Source: a virus
Taxonomy: Duplodnaviria; Caudoviricetes
Length of the DNA: 64,000 bases
Direction: 5' to 3' (one strand)
IMG/VR virus record: IMGVR_UViG_3300039452_000187
Coordinates: 33,555 to 97,554 of that record
Of this stretch, positions 63,650 through 64,000 are shown piece after piece. Within the stretch, counting starts at the first letter, position 1. Each line of letters starts with the position of its first letter. The notes under the pieces were generated by a model, which did not search any database, was not told the origin of the DNA, and was given only the letters and a program-made list of their open reading frames with translations. Position numbers and translations under genes: made by a program.

Positions 63650-63919
63650 TCATTTGCGGCTGCTTGCTTTGGCCTTGTGGTTGCCATTACCGTTCGTTGC
63701 CGCAACAGGCGGTCCTGTCGGCTCGTCGTCCAAAAGGGCCGAGTCCTGTTCGGCAGTGAATCCACGGACTGTGACCGCTACCACTGGAGTCTCGCTGTGA
63801 CCGCTGTAGCCCAGCGAGGCTCGCGCTGTCTCGTTCGTCTCGGCGGCGGTGTCGGCCAGGCCGTTGATAGCCTCGGCCAGGCGGTCCACGGCACGCCACA
63901 ACTTGCGGAATGGGTTCAC
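63650..63919 (-). CDS. Hypothetical protein
   Basis: AAGGAG RBS before GTG. Confidence 0.55.
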   Translation of the reverse strand: MNPFRKLWRAVDRLAEAINGLADTAAETNETARASLGYSGHSETPVVAVTVRGFTAEQDSALLDDEPTGPPVAATNGNGNHKAKASSRK

Positions 63920-64000
63920 GAGAAAACTCCTTTTCTAGGGTCTGAGTCAGTCAGCATGGGCAACCGCTGCCTTAACTGCTGACTCCTGAGTCCACGTTGA

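Larger units (their letters stand above)
1..64000 (-). mobile_element. Tailed phage/prophage genome segment with Mu-like head module; probable Planctomycetota host
   Basis: Co-oriented terminase, portal, protease, capsid, connector, tail tube, chaperone, tape measure and replication genes; no host housekeeping genes in the window. Confidence 0.93.

Noticed and set aside
1-64000. Genome-wide TGA reassignment (alternative genetic code)
   Set aside because: Many genes end in TGA with tight ATGA overlaps, and long genes are uninterrupted under code 11; only one in-frame TGA candidate found

Overview
The whole window is a high-GC tailed phage or prophage segment, almost entirely on the minus strand. 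The host is probably Planctomycetota (inferred from the zinc-ribbon/TM gene type). Reading right to left along transcription: (1) a recombination/replication module (tRNA-like RNA, Sak4-like ATPase, SSB-like, DNA MTase, RecD2, two ERCC4 nucleases, Mom-like, primase); (2) a TGT/DpdA-like gene and Dam; (3) TerS/TerL; (4) a compact type V CRISPR-Cas locus: a 678-aa Cas12m (V-U1)-like effector, a leader and a 7-repeat/6-spacer array, with no cas1/cas2; (5) small accessory genes (ParB-like, KTSC, ANTAR); (6) Mu-like head genes, including a giant portal-ATPase fusion and a 2098-aa polyvalent protein; (7) a stand-alone type I-G Cas8 (Csb3)-like gene plus an HTH gene; (8) protease/scaffold, HNH, decoration, capsid and connector; (9) tail tube, frameshifting tail chaperones, tape measure and tail proteins. 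Most notable: the Cas12m-like protein appears to keep an intact RuvC triad, and some spacers resemble the phage's own primase gene at the protein level, suggesting targeting of related phages. Also notable: the solo Cas8 as a candidate anti-CRISPR decoy, duplicated terminator/antiterminator RNA switches with a phage ANTAR protein, recurring Y/F-small-A/R motifs at polyprotein domain junctions, a possible UGA-recoded (Sec) gene and a mini tmRNA-like RNA. All family assignments are from motif recognition by eye; no database search was run. No integrase, att site or clear lysin was seen.
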